A stretch of DNA of 63,717 nucleotides, filler included, from Octopus bimaculoides (lineage: Eukaryota), in the NCBI RefSeq assembly GCF_001194135.2. It is 7 parts of 7 records of this genome, joined end to end, with 100 filler letters (N's around TTAATTAATTAA, not from the genome) between each part and the next. Parts side by side here need not be neighbours in the genome. Positions count along the whole stretch, not along the records: positions 19,312 to 28,105 come from NC_069004.1; positions 28,206 to 33,123 come from NW_026424957.1; positions 33,224 to 56,402 come from NC_068984.1; 4 more parts are not named here. The stretch is one strand, 5' to 3'. This document shows, one piece after another, positions 25,358 through 38,721 of this stretch. The notes under the pieces are model-generated. The model was not told where the DNA came from. It saw nothing but the letters and a program-made list of their open reading frames with translations, and ran no database searches. Made by a program: the position numbers and the translations under genes. How positions within the stretch are numbered: the first letter of the stretch is position 1; each line of letters opens with the position of its first letter.

Positions 25358-25619
25358 CATTATTATTATTATTATTATTGTTGTTGTTGTTGTTGTTATT
25401 ATTATCATTAGCGGCGAGCTGGCAGAGTCGTTAGTACGCCGGGCGAAATGCTTAGCGATATTTCGACTGTTGCTGCGCCCTGGGTTCAAATTCCGCCCGG
25501 GGCAACTTTGCCTTTCATCCTTTCGGAATTAATAAATTAAGTACTAGTCAAACAATGGGGTCGATGAAAATCGGATAGTCCCCTCCCCCACAAATTTCAG
25601 GCCTTGTGTCTATAGTAGA

Positions 25620-25656
25620 AAAGATTATTATTATCATCATCATCATTATTATTATA

Positions 25657-25697
<41 letters not shown>

Positions 25698-25714
25698 TAT
25701 TATTATTGTTATTG

Positions 25715-25758
<44 letters not shown>

Positions 25759-25795
25759 TTTATTATTGTTATTATTATTGTTACTATTATTATTA

Positions 25796-25860
<65 letters not shown>

Positions 25861-25887
25861 AATAATATTATTATTATTATTATTTTC
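25620..25887 (+). repeat. Compound (ATT/GTT/ACT)n microsatellite; similar arrays at 23555-23635, 24505-24615, 25308-25410
   Basis: Read directly from the sequence. Confidence 0.95.
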
Positions 25888-25889
25888 AT

Positions 25890-27548
25890 ATACACAAGAA
25901 CCCCACTATTGGGTTACAACAAGTAAATTTATATGCCAAGAACCCCACTATGGGGCTACAACAAGTAACCTTAGATACCAGGAACTCTCCTAAGTATCCT
26001 AGCTGTCTCTAATAACACGGTTTTCTGCAGCTTTACTGAACTGGGTTTTATGCCTATCTCTTCCATCCATCTGTTCAGATTTTTAGGGATAGTTCCCAAT
26101 GCACCTATAACTACTGGCATCCATTTTACCCGCACCTTCCAGAGTCTCTGTAATTCAATGGCAAGGTCCTAGTACTTTGTTATTTTCTCTATATTTCTCA
26201 TATTGATTTTTTCATAATTTGGAACTGTAAAGTCAATAACCTGGCGCTTTCTATTCTCTTTTTCTACTATAACTACTACTGCTGCTGATGTTGCTATTAC
26301 TACTGTTACTACTTCTACTACTAAATCGGGCCTTCTAGCTTATATTACTCTGTCAGTTTGAATGTTGAAGTCCCACACCTTATATGTCTTACTTTCTAGT
26401 ACTATACTAGGTTCATATGTTCATACCACTTATCAGTATGGTAAAATCCTAGCTTTCTACAAAGCTCGCAGTGGATGCTCTTCCTTGGTTGTCATATCTT
26501 TTCTTGTATTCTTTCTCTGCCAGCATGCTACGTTCACTTACTATATGAGTAACGCTTTCCTCTTTTGATTTGCATAACCTACATTGGGAATCTACTTGTT
26601 TTTTGTCTATCTTGGCTTTTATCCATTTAGTCCTTAATGCTTGATCTTATGCGACCGCCAACAAACTTTCTGTCTCCCTTTTCAGCCTTCCTTTCTGCAA
26701 ACATAGCCATGTCTTACTACTACTATTTACTCCAACTATCTTTGGTAATCTACCATGCAACGCCTTCTCCTGCCAGTCAGATAATTTATTTTCTTTTTTT
26801 CTGATTTTTAACACCGTTTGGGTCTTTGATTCCCCTATGTCTTGCTTTGACTCTTGCTGCTTTTAATAAACCTCCTTCACCATTACCTACATAGGAGTCT
26901 ATATCTACTCCAGCTAACTCCACTCAATCTTCTACTGATATTAACCTTCTTCCACCTTCTTTTCTAGGTAAATATAATCTTGTTACACCTGCTCTTGCGT
27001 GGAGTCTTCCATTCATATTGAATTCCTTTCTAGTTCTTCCGTCTAGCTTTGCTAATTCAGTTCTTGTCCAATCTACAAAAGCTGCTGAGTATCTAAGTAA
27101 TGACACTGCCCAGATATTTACAGCCTTCACTAGTTTCATTAGCTTCCTCACCCTTCAGATGTACTCCTTCTCAATTTTCGCTTTCAATTCTATAGTTAGT
27201 ACTCTGTCAGATTCTAATACGCCTAGATACTTATAATTCTCTCTTCCTTTCAATGATTTTGATGTCTGGCCATCTGATAATTGGATACCTTCGCTGTTGG
27301 CTACTGTCCTCTTCTTATGACTAATATTGCATACTTATCTAGACCAAATTCGATGCCTATATCTTTGCTGAAGAGTCTTTACTGACTATATTAAAGAATT
27401 TATCTCTTTTCCATTCTTACTAAAAAGCTTAAGATCATCCATGTAGAGCAAATGGTTAATTTTTCCCTTACTATTTCAGAACTGATACCCTGCCTTTACC
27501 TTCCTTAATACTAAACTGAGTGGGGTCAAATATTAAAGGGGATAACGA
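25890..27548 (-). mobile_element. R4/Dong-like (restriction-like endonuclease) non-LTR retrotransposon remnant: RT, thumb and C-terminal domain
   Basis: Minus frames give GKINHLLYMDDLKLF and KAVNIWAVSLLRYSAAFVDWTRTELAKLDGRTRK...LHARAGVTRLYLPRKEGGR.LISVE, with stops and frameshifts. The 3' end runs into the (TAA/ATT)n array. Confidence 0.8.
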
Positions 27549-28011
27549 ATAGACAGACTACAACAAGTAACTGGTATTTTAATTTATAGACTCCAGAATT
27601 ATGAAACGCAGAGTTTGGACTCAGAATGCAAAAGTCCATTTGAACTCAGAATGTAAGGGACCAATGAGGAAATATTGTTAGGCATTTTCTCAGATGCTCT
27701 GAAGATTCGACTAATCCTCTTTATTTATTTATTTATTTATTTAAATGCTTTAAAATACTGAAATTGCAAAACAAACGAGGAGTCTTTATGCTGCTGCCCG
27801 ACGAGCTAGAAATAGTGACGAAAATCTAACGCAACATATGCGAAGACGTGGCTATGACATTAAGAATTTCGCTTCGCATCCATGAGTCTTCGGTTCATTG
27901 CTCATGGTATCTTGTGCTGGTGCCTATTGTACCGTAGCCCTCAATGTCTTGTGAGTAAATCTGGTAGACAGAAACTCTGTAGAATCCCGTCATATATATG
28001 TATATCTATAC

Positions 28012-28105
<94 letters not shown>

Positions 28106-29914
28106 NNNNNNNNNNNNNNNNNNNNNNNNNNNNNNNNNNNNNNNNNNNNTTAATTAATTAANNNNNNNNNNNNNNNNNNNNNNNNNNNNNNNNNNNNNNN
28201 NNNNNAGTTTATTGTGGAATGTGTATATGAGTGTGTGTTTGAGTGTTTTTTGAGTGTTTTTTGTGGGGATGTTAGGTGTGTGTACGTGAGAGTGTGCGTA
28301 TATCTCTTTGTCTGAGTATGTATGTGTTGTTTTGATCGTCCTTGTGGTGTGTGTGTGTGTGAGAGCAACCGTATGTAAAAACAAATAGTAAATGAGTATA
28401 TGCATATATACGTACAGGTATGTGCATACCGACATCCACCTGTATGTATAGGTGCATATCTGGGTACCTTTTCGTTAGTCATGCATTTCAGAAAGTCCCG
28501 CAGTCTATCTGTCTCTCTTTATATAAATATATATATATATGTATATATACACACACATCATCTATGCACACAATATGTATGTATTATGTCTGTATGTGAA
28601 TAACTTTCGCCCCTGTAGGATGATAGAAACGTTAACATTTCATCGAAGAAACCACGAAACCGGTACTTGAAATACAAATATCTCGGAATAGAAATTTGTC
28701 TGGAATTTTGTCTGTCCCCCAGTTGTGCACAGGTTTTTTCGTCACTGTCGCCATCGTACATAAATACAGTGAACTATTGACTGGCTTGCAGGAAAAATTG
28801 TATTTAACGATGATAGTTATCACAAAATACAAAATAAAGCTAATAAATAAAGAAAGAAAGAAGATTTTATACGCCTGAAGTGATATTGTGGAGAAATCAA
28901 AACGTGACTGACAGATCCGTGACAATCTATCTTCAACGAGGCGAAGAATTTAAATAACATTTGGCACTATATTGTGTATGCTCTAAACACGGTTTTCTTG
29001 TTGGATCTATCTGGTCGACAAATGATCCCTGGCGATTTCGCTGACAAGCGCTATATATATATATATATATATATAAATATATATATATATGTGAGTAAAA
29101 ATAAATAAAAAAAGGGGTTTTGTATGATCGTGTATAGAGGAATATATCATTTTATTTAAAGGAGTTCCAACTCCGTCTGTTTTTTAATGTTTTATTTATA
29201 TTCTTGTAAAATTAATGTGGGATGTAGAATATGGAATATATAATATATAGTATAAAAATGGACGGTACAATGAAATGAAGTATTGAATGTCTTATTGAAT
29301 ATATGAAATATTGAGTGTTCAATATAAAGGATTAAATANNNNNNNNNNNNNNNNNNNNNNNNNNNNNNNNNNNNNNNNNNNNNNNNNNNNNNNNNNNNNN
29401 NNNNNNNNNNNNNNNNNNNNNNNNNNNNNNNNNNNNNNNNNNNNNNNNNNNNNNNNNNNNNNNNNNNNNNNNNNNNNNNNNNNNNNNNNNNNNNNNNNNN
29501 NNNNNNNNNNNNNNNNNNNNNNNNNNNNNNNNNNNNNNNNNNATATATACATGTGTTTGTGTGTATATATACACACACACGCTAATATCGAACAGAAAGA
29601 ATGAGTGTAAACACCACATTGATGAATAAATATGTTCTTTTTTAGTGGTCTAACAAGGCTACCCATGGTTTCGTGCTAAGGGATATTCCCAATTGTTCAA
29701 GCGTATCACATAGAAGTGTTGATACTCGTCTCCTTATAAGACTTTGATCAACCCAGGGATATACGAGAATCCACTTATGGACTAGAGATATGTGAGAAGA
29801 CATTTACCCAAACTGCCACGCACTGAGACTGAACCCAGAACCATATGCGTGAGAAGCAAAAACCTTATCCCACAAGCGCATTTGTATTCTGCCACGTTAA
29901 TACAAATGCATATT

Positions 29915-30553
29915 GTTTTTTTTAGCTTGTTTCAGTCATTTGACTGCGGCCATGCTGGAGCCCCGCCTTTAGTCGAGCAAATCGACCCCGGGACCTATTC
30001 TTTGTGAGCCTAGTACTTATTCTATCGGTCGCTCTTTTGCCGAACCACTAAGTGACGGGGACGTAAACACACCAGTATCGGTTGTCAAGTGATGTTGGGG
30101 ACAAACACAGACACACAAACACACAAACACGCACGCACACACAGCTGGCAGAAACGTTAGCACGTCGGGCGAAATGCTTAGCGGTATTTTGTCTGCCGCT
30201 ACGTTCTGAGTTCAAATTCCGCCGAGGTCGACTTTGCCTTTCATCCTTTCGAGGTCGATTGAATAAGTACCAGTTACGCACCGGGGTCGATATAATCGAC
30301 TTAATCCGTTTGTCTGTCCTTGTTTGTCCCCTCTGTGTGTAGCCCCTTGTGGGTAGTAAAGAAATAACACANNNNNNNNNNATATATATATATATATATA
30401 CATATATACGATGGGCTTCTTTCAGTTTCCGTCTACCAAATCCATTCACAAGGCTTTGGTCGGCCCGAGGCTATAGTAGAAGACACTTCCCCAAGGTGCC
30501 ACGCTGTGGGACTGAACCCAGAACCATGTGGTTGGTAAGCAAGCTACTTACCA
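29915..30553 (-). mobile_element. Family A SINE with a family B SINE nested in its (CA)n spacer (30143-30367, + strand)
   Basis: Family A head and tail are split by a complete family B body. Confidence 0.8.
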
Positions 30554-31000
30554 CACAACCACTCATAAGAAACTAAAAATTATGTGTCACCTGTCTGTGA
30601 CTAACACGTTCTGTCTTCAGCGCAGTATCGTAGAACATAAACAATTTTTGCAGGTAAGGTTCATTGCATTCTTACTTGAACTAATGACTAACGCTTCGTG
30701 GCAATTTCTGTAAGCTGTATGCAGTCTCGTGAATCCTCTTTTAGGATCTCTCACGAGAATTTTAATGTATGTATGTATGCGTCTCGCGAGAATAGGAGAG
30801 TATGTGAGTGTGTGTGTGTGCATGTGTGTGTGTGTGTGTATGTGTGCTTATTCACACACACATACAGAGAAACACACAGACATATGTGTCTATACGCGCA
30901 TACGTTTGTGTGCATAAGCATATAACGTACGAGAGTGTAGATATGATCCCGACAATATTTGCATTCTCGAATCTCTTCTTTAATGAGTCAAAACTTTGGT

Positions 31001-31165
31001 GAAGAAGAAGAAGAAGAAGAAGAAGAAGAAGAAGAAGAAGAAGAAGAAGAAGAAGAAGAAGAAGAAGAAGAAGAAGAAGAAGAAGAAGAAGAAGAAGAAG
31101 AAGAAGAAGAAGAAGAAGAAGAAGAAGAAGAAGAAGAAGAAGAAGAAGAAGAAGAAGAAGAAGAA
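31001..31165 (+). repeat. Perfect (GAA)55 microsatellite
   Basis: 165 nt of uninterrupted GAA. Confidence 0.97.
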
Positions 31166-34100
31166 ATGCACTTAGAAAAAGCTAAGAGGCAGTTAATGTT
31201 ATTTATTGGGTGAGCGATTCAATGTGTCCTCCACTATACCATCTCTGTAACTGACAACGTTTTTCATCTACTAACTTGGAATTTCATCTGAATTTCGCTT
31301 TAAAGAGTCTAGGTTTAACATTGGAGATTTGTCGAACAGAGATTTTATCACAAATTTAACATCAAAGTAGAAAGTCAAAGCAAGTGTAATGAGCGCTTGG
31401 TGTGATTAAAAGATGGGATAATTTCAACCACAGGCGCCTGGCTCAGCGGTCAGAGCGTCGGGCTCACAATCTTGAGGACTTGGCCATCCGTGTCCCCGAG
31501 GCCTGCGACTGAGTTTGCATTTTAAATTAACTGGAAGTTTTTTGAGAGGTAGCATGACAAAGAGGGCTCTTATTTATTTCTTGTTCTCACATTCTTTAGA
31601 GTTATGTGGGTGATTCGTTATATGGTGCCATTTTTATAGCAGCGAATATTTCTTTCATCATTTGATAGATATTTTCCATAAATATTTAAAACAATATGTG
31701 CATGTCCAAGGTATTCACATCAAAATACCAAATATAGTATTGGAATATACAAAACGAAAATTGTAACAAAATATATTTTAAGAAATTTTATACACCATTT
31801 AAATGCCAAAGGATCATGTAAATTCTTATGAACACCTCCTGACATACAATGTAGATTAATCACCGAATAGGATCTCCTTAATTTAGACTGTATAATTGAA
31901 TATTAAATCAATGACGTGGACACTGGACAAATCACACTGGACAAGTCACGCTGGACACTGAGTAGGGAAATGTAAAATTTAATATGTTAATATGCGAGTT
32001 TAATTAAGCCAGCTACATGACAACGAAAGTCAAAAGTGATTGATGTTAAAGAGATGCATGTTGGACATTTTATAAGGTTTTCCGCTGTGTCAACCACCAT
32101 CTCTGTGTGATAATGAAAATATATAATAGAGAATATCCTTGAAAGTTAAACACATTAAGAGGAAGCAGTTGGACAGTCTCTATCTCCAGCATGGCATGAT
32201 TGAGTTCTAAAACATCATCATCTCCTGAGGCCTGAGGATAGTGCATGGTCGATTAAATCGACCTTCTTACTTCAATGGTACATATATTGTTGATCTTGGA
32301 CGGAAAAAGAAAAGCGAATCCAAGTTTAGCAAGATTAGAACTCACAATGCGAAGATCTGTAACAAAATACTACAAAAGAATTTGTTCATAAATATGAAAA
32401 GATAAAATTACAAAATGAATAGAAATAGTTATAAAACAGAAGTCAGAATTTACCTGTATAAGACGTTTACGTGTAGCGATACTGCTGATGGGAGTTATAT
32501 ATCCCTCTTATCTCATCAGAAAAACTATGCCTGATAGAAGGAAACCGATTACATTTTTGAAATCCACGGACAAAACTACATATAAAACACCATATAATAT
32601 CCCTGATGAAAATTGGCTGTTGACCAGTGTAATTAATAATTCAATTTATATAAAGTCCTGCTTATTCTGAGTTCAATCCTGTTCGAGCCGTTATATATGA
32701 CCAATGACATTCTACATATGACTATTCTGCCATTTTTGATCAAATACAAAACCATGATTTGATGTATTGTTTTCATATTTAAGAAGTTCTGATGTGATAT
32801 GAAAGAGATTTTGCAGCCATTTCAAGATGGTTGAATGATCACATCGAAATCCCAAGATATAAGAATTTTGGCAAAGAGAACCAGATTTTCTGGTTTTATT
32901 ACTTTCGAGAGATGTTGGAAGAGTTAACCGTCATCAAATTAAATTTACAGAGAGCAGGATTGAGAACCGGTTTCCTTTTATCATATGTCAGTTTGTTACC
33001 AGAGTCTATACACATATGTACATACACATGCACACATACACACATACACACACATATAAATATTTGTGTATACATATACACGTGTGTTTCTGTTCCTGAT
33101 TATATGTATTATGTAACGTATACNNNNNNNNNNNNNNNNNNNNNNNNNNNNNNNNNNNNNNNNNNNNTTAATTAATTAANNNNNNNNNNNNNNNNNNNNN
33201 NNNNNNNNNNNNNNNNNNNNNNNGGTGTGTTTACGTCCCTGTAACTTAGAGGTTCGGCAAAAAAGACTGATAGAATAAGTACTAGGCTTACAAAGAATAA
33301 GTCCTGGGGTCGATTTGCCCGACTAAAGGCGGTGCTCCAGCATGGCCGCAGTCAAATGACGTAAAAGAGTAAGAGTATCCTGAAATACAACAATATCAGT
33401 TTCAACACACAGTTTCACATCAGGAATCTTGCAACATGTATTGAAGGTATCAAAAAAAGAGATCCTAGAAATAGTTTGCTGATTCTTATGCAACATAGAA
33501 AAAAAAGTTATGAGGAAACAAAGTCCAAGGGATGAGAAGCACTAAACTAATTATACCTCACCCCCTTACAAAATATAAATAGATAAATAAACAAATAAAC
33601 AAAATATACAATATTCATACTGGAATTCTTTTGAAAGATGGACTTCAGAAAAACATTATATTCTAGTTCTTGAAATATTCAATATTTGAAATGTAATTTT
33701 GTTTTTGAAAAATGGTGAATTAAAAAAAAAAAATCATTCATCTCAACATAATGACAATTATGCCTAGTCTACAATGCAAAATATGTCAGGCACTCAAAAT
33801 TGTTGAAGACTTCCCTGTTGGTTCCTAGCTGAGTAATTAAATCTAAATCTGGCTTGAACCTCATTAACTTGAGGAATATGATAATACTCTTAATCTTTTT
33901 ATTGAAAACAATGGCCAGAATTACGTTTGATTTTTCTCAAAGCAAGTCTTATTAAAATCATTTGATTATTTGTATTGATATTTTACATGTGTCTTTTTGA
34001 ATGTAAAACGCCATTGATTGAGAAAGTCTGCAGTAACTATTCGTTATTTATTTTTAACAAAAGTGATCTCCAACTGTTAATCACAGAGGAGATTATGCCC

Positions 34101-35289
34101 AGCATTTATCTTCTCTCCTGGTGTTTGTATTATTTTCCAGACTTTACAACTGTAGAATTATGAACAGATTAATCATTAAGCTAAATATTACATGCTTAGG
34201 ACACAGAATTATTTTCGTCCTGAGCCAGATTTACTATAATACGTACACATGGGAAATTATAGGCTTTCAAAAAATGAATGGAAATGGGTTGAACAGGCAT
34301 GTCTGTATGGTAAGAAGTTTGCATCCCAACCACATGGTTCCAGGTTCAGTCCTGCTGCATGACACCTTGGGCAAAGGTCTTCTACAAAATCCTTGGGCTG
34401 ACCAAAGTCTTGTGAGTGGATTTAGTAGATGGAAACTGAAAGAAGTCCATCATATATATATATATATATANNNNNNNNNNNNNNNNNNNNNNNNTTCTGG
34501 ATTTGGTTTGCAAGATTTTTTATGTGATTTCGTGTGTTGAAGCATATTCTGGGGAGAGTCATTTTCTTATTGTGGTGTGTTAAATTTTAAGGCACAATAA
34601 GAAAATGACTCTCCCCAGACACAACAGTATATATATATATCATAAATAATATATAATATATATGCACATATATATATGTATACATGCATATATGGGTATA
34701 GGATGTCACCAACGGGGCAAATAACATAAACAATGGAAGAAAAAAAGATGGAAAACAGGACAACTAAATACAGAAACGACCCTTCATCAGTTGTTGGCTG
34801 TCTATCTACCCATGATTTCGAACATTCAACAACAATATGAGTCTTCAAAGACAGTTGCACCTATAAATTCTAAAATAAAATTTAGGATTTATGGAGGCTC
34901 AATATATTTGTGTGTGTGTCACTGTGTCAGTGTTTGTACCCACCACCACTTGACAACAGGTGTTAGCGTGTTTATGTCCCAGTAACTTAGTGATTTGGCA
35001 AAATATGCCAATAGAATAAGTATCAGGCTTTAAAAAAAATAATAAAGTCGATTCAGTCGATTAAATTTCTTCAAGGCAGTGCCCCAGCATGGTCGTAGTG
35101 TAATGACCGAAACAGAAAAACATAAAAGGTTTTCTGTTTCTTTTTGCCTTTGTTTTGAGAACATCATTTGCTTAAATTATATTTTTGTATATTATGGCAA
35201 TTTGACTCGGTTTTTGCTTATTATAGCAACTGACTAGTTTTTAAAAAAAAACTTTTAATATCGTATTCATAAATTATATATAGAAAAAG

Positions 35290-35720
35290 CGACGAGCTGG
35301 TAGAAACGTTAGCACGCCGGGCGAAATGCTTAGCGGTATTTCGATTGCCGTTACGTCCTTAGTTCAAATTCCGCCCAGGTCGACTTTGCCTTTCATCCTT
35401 TCAGGGTCGATAAATTAAGAACCAGTTACGCACTGGAGTCGATGTAATCGACCTAATCCCTTCGTCTGTCCTTGTTTGTCCCCTCTATGTTTAGCCCCTT
35501 GTGGGCAATAAAGAGATAAGAAACGTTAGCACGCCGGGTGAAATACTTAGCGGTATTTCGTCTGTCTTTACGTTCTGACTTCAAATGCTGCCGAGGACGA
35601 CTTTGCTTTTCATCCTTTCGGGGTTGATAAATTAAGTACCAGTTGCATACTGGAGTCGATCTAATCGACTGGCCTCCTCCACCAAAATTTCAGGCCTTAT
35701 GCCTAGACTAGAAAAGATTA
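35290..35720 (+). mobile_element. tRNA-derived SINE family B (core gcctttcatcctttcggggtcgataaa.taagtaccag, MetaSINE-like), dimeric copy
   Basis: Head ggcga.gctggcagaaacgttagcacgccgggcgaaatg...gttcaaattcc. Other copies at 2865-3480, 23360-23550, 25410-25625, 44727-44935, 56880-57155 (-), 59980-60150 (-). The Meta-domain label is from memory and unverified. Confidence 0.8.
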
Positions 35721-36190
35721 TAGTGAGAATTTACAAAAACACAAAAGACGAAGACGAGTGTGTAAACAAACAGATGTATTAGTTTAACGCTCGGGAAGTA
35801 AGAAAGTCTTTTACGTTTCAAGTCTAAGTTCTTCGATAGAAAGGAACACAGAAATAAACAAGGAGAGAAAATAGAAAAAGGTTTAGTGGATAGAAAACAG
35901 ATGCGCGTGCGCTTGTGTATTCAAAGACAGGGAGACAACAATGTATGAGTAGGCTAAGTATAGATTATTTCCCTTGCTCTGCAAAACCTCTGTGTGTTAA
36001 GTAATCTCACAAAAAATAAATCAAAAACATTAAAACAAAAGAAAACCAAGCTAGCATGTACCACATACACAAAAAGATACATTTATAACTAAATAAATTA
36101 TATAGATATAACAGTAATTTTTATGGATTTTTTTCTTACTAAAATTTGAAAGAGTTACCCAATATCAATCTTTTTTATTTCTGTATTATA

Positions 36191-36317
36191 CAGGGTGTCC
36201 ACAAAGTCTGGGTACATAGAAATTAACACATACTTTAAGAAATTATTATTTCTTATATGTAATTGTTTATGTTATGATTTTATTTACTCCATGTACCCAG
36301 ACTTTGTGGAAACCCTG
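36191..36317. mobile_element. Tc1/mariner-type MITE
   Basis: 27-bp TIRs CAGGGTGTCCACAAAGTCTGGGTACAT / ATGTACCCAGACTTTGTGGAAACCCTG (1 mismatch), TA on both sides. Confidence 0.9.
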
Positions 36318-36558
36318 TAGAACTGACGTTAAATAGTGAATAACATTTATCATATACCAGTCATTATGAAAGATGTAAGTCGTAACTGTACACATTTCTA
36401 AATAAACAAACCCCAAAATGGAATATATTCTAACTGTTGTTATACATCTGAATGGTAGTTGTTGTTAATGGCCATGTGATCAACTATGCAATTGGTGTTA
36501 TAGGAAAGTGGGTTATACATCATTAGATGTACACCACTTTCCTATATAAAATTAAGAA

Positions 36559-36858
36559 TATAACGGAACGCTGAACTCCAGACTATCAACTTAAACAACA
36601 TTTATTTAGGTGGTAAATATATACATCTTTAGCTCTTGTTTGTTGTTACAGCTTCTGTGTGTGTGAGCATTGTTGTTGGGACGTTGGTGTGTAGATGTAA
36701 GCGAGCTGTCTAGCGTAAGTTCGAAAGATGGTGAGAGACAGCTAAACACGTCCATGCTCAATCGCTGGCCAGCAAGAAAGAGACAGAATGAAGCGGGAAA
36801 GCTTGCTTGTTGAATTGCACGCATGCGTGAGACTATGCATGCGCACAGCGTTACTACA
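36559..36858 (-). mobile_element. Possible solo LTR
   Basis: Minus strand begins TGTAGTAAC, has AATAAA near its end and ends GTTATA. No TSD found. Confidence 0.4.
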
Positions 36859-37571
36859 GTGTCAAAACTTTCAGCTGATGTCTGTTATTCTTTTCAGTTT
36901 TATAACTGAGTATCTTTAGATACTCTAGCTGCAGGAAACATTTAAGCACGAGTTTGAAACACTAGCTGCAGGAAACATTTAAGCACGAGTGTGAAATCCT
37001 GTTTACTATTTATATATATTCTTTTAATCTGAAATTTTGATACATACTTCAGTTTCATGCTCTGTGATCTTTCGAGTGACTCTTCTTCATAAAGTGATCA
37101 AAATCTTGGTCTAGGACAAAAATAAAGATATGAATATACTCCACACCATATATTGAGTACTATTTCATCTTTTGCTTACAAACTACCCACAAGATAATCC
37201 ACCATACTTCTAATGACAACCCTGGGCACCTTTTTGAATTCCATATGTTTAACACTTGTGGACAAGCTTACAAAATCAAAAAACAACACAGCAGCTGTAT
37301 GGACACAACATCCATGAAAACTTCCATGCTTCCTAATGATTCACCAGCAGTACACCTGATGTGCACACCCACCGCCTTTTTTAAATTGACTCATTCACAG
37401 TTCACTTTCTGTGCATTGTCCTATATATTGTTTATGCTCTTTTGACTGTTTTCTCTGATGAATTATAGTGCACCCGAGCACTTGGAACCTGGACAGCTTC
37501 CTTGCTGGCCAGCTCTTGTCAAGCAGTCCACCTGATGCCAGCATGGAAAACATATATTACTATTTATTATT

Positions 37572-37970
37572 TTACTATTTTATTTGTTTCAGTCATTTGA
37601 CTGCAGCCATGCTGGAGCACCACCTTTAGTCAAGTAGATTGACCCCAGGACTTATTTTTTGGAAGCCTAGTGCTTATTCTATCAGTCTCTTTTGCCGAAC
37701 CGCTAAGTTACGGGGATGTAAACACACCACCATCGGTTGTCAAGCGATGTTGGGGGGACAATCACAGACACACAAACATACACACATATATATATATACA
37801 TATATACGACAGGCTTCTTTCAGTTTTCCGTCTACCAAATCCACTCACAAGACTTTGGTCGGCCCGAGGCTATAGTAGAAGACATGTGCCCAAGGTGCCA
37901 CGTAGTGGAAATGAACCTGGAACCATGTGGTTGGTAAGCAAGCTACTTACCACACAGCCACTCCTGCGCC
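37572..37970 (-). mobile_element. Full-length tRNA-derived SINE, family A
   Basis: Reverse complement of the 41492 copy. Confidence 0.85.
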
Positions 37971-38555
37971 CCTATATACATATTTTATGACTCCCTTTAT
38001 TTTTTATTTTTTTATTTTTTATTTTATTTATTTTTTATTTTTTATTTTATTTTATTTTAAGTTTTATTTTTATTTTAAGTTTATTCTTACTTTTTTACAT
38101 GAATATCTGTGTATGTCTTTTTGTGGTATTGTATTGNNNNNNNNNNNNNNNNNNNNNNNNNNNNNNNNNNNNNNNNNNNNNNNNNNNNNNNNNNNNNNNN
38201 NNNNNNNNNNNNNNNNNNNNNNNNNNNNNNNNNNNNNNNNNNNNNNNNNNNNNNNNNNNNNNNNNNNNNNNNNNNNNNNNNNNNNNNNNNNNNNNNNNNN
38301 NNNNNNNNNNNNNNNNNNNNNNNNNNNNNNNNNNNNNNNNNNNNNNNNNNNNNNNNNNNNNNNNNNNNGTAGTTTTGTTGTTATTTTTTTGGATTTACAA
38401 TTTACATATTTATATATATAGACGATAAGAAAATGGAGGAAAAATAACAATAAGAAGTGTGTCTTTTGTGCTAGGAAGTCATTATTTAATTAGTTAAGAA
38501 AGGTGAGAGTGAGAGTGAGCTTATGATCATTTCTGTGTACCATGGTAAGGAAAAT

Positions 38556-38721
38556 CATCATCATCATCATCATCGTTTAACGTCCGCTTTCCATGCTAGC
38601 ATGGGTTGGACAATTTGACTGAGGGCCGGTGAACCAGATGGCTACACCAGGCTCCAATCTGTTTTGGCAGAGTTTCTACAGCTGGATGCCCTTCCTAACG
38701 CCAACCACTCAGAGAGTGTAG
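38556..38721 (-). mobile_element. RTE LINE 3'UTR fragment
   Basis: Same family terminus. Confidence 0.85.

Noticed and set aside
28558-28761. ORF beginning MYDGDSDEKTCAQ, resembling an LDL-receptor class A motif
   Set aside because: An in-frame stop lies just upstream, the other cysteines are missing, and there are no supporting splice sites.
30959-31213. Poly-Glu/poly-Phe ORFs and the many YI-, CV-, TH-, poly-Ile and poly-Leu ORFs in the track
   Set aside because: These are translations of (GAA)n, (TA)n, (TG)n and (ATT)n microsatellites or of N gaps.
31433-31490. tRNA-like 5' half (GGCGCCTGGCTCAGCGGTCAGAGCGTCGGGCTCACAATC)
   Set aside because: It has an A-box and anticodon-like arm but no T-arm/B-box or acceptor 3' strand; it is a truncated SINE head.
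32446-32476. Possible small minus-strand exon (IATRKRLIQ) with a GTAAAT donor
   Set aside because: Too short to support, adjacent to repeat-like sequence, and no compatible neighbouring exon was found.
36925-36991. Two-copy direct repeat CTAGCTGCAGGAAACATTTAAGCACGAGT considered as CRISPR-like
   Set aside because: Only two units with a ~9-nt spacer in eukaryotic DNA; it is a simple local duplication.
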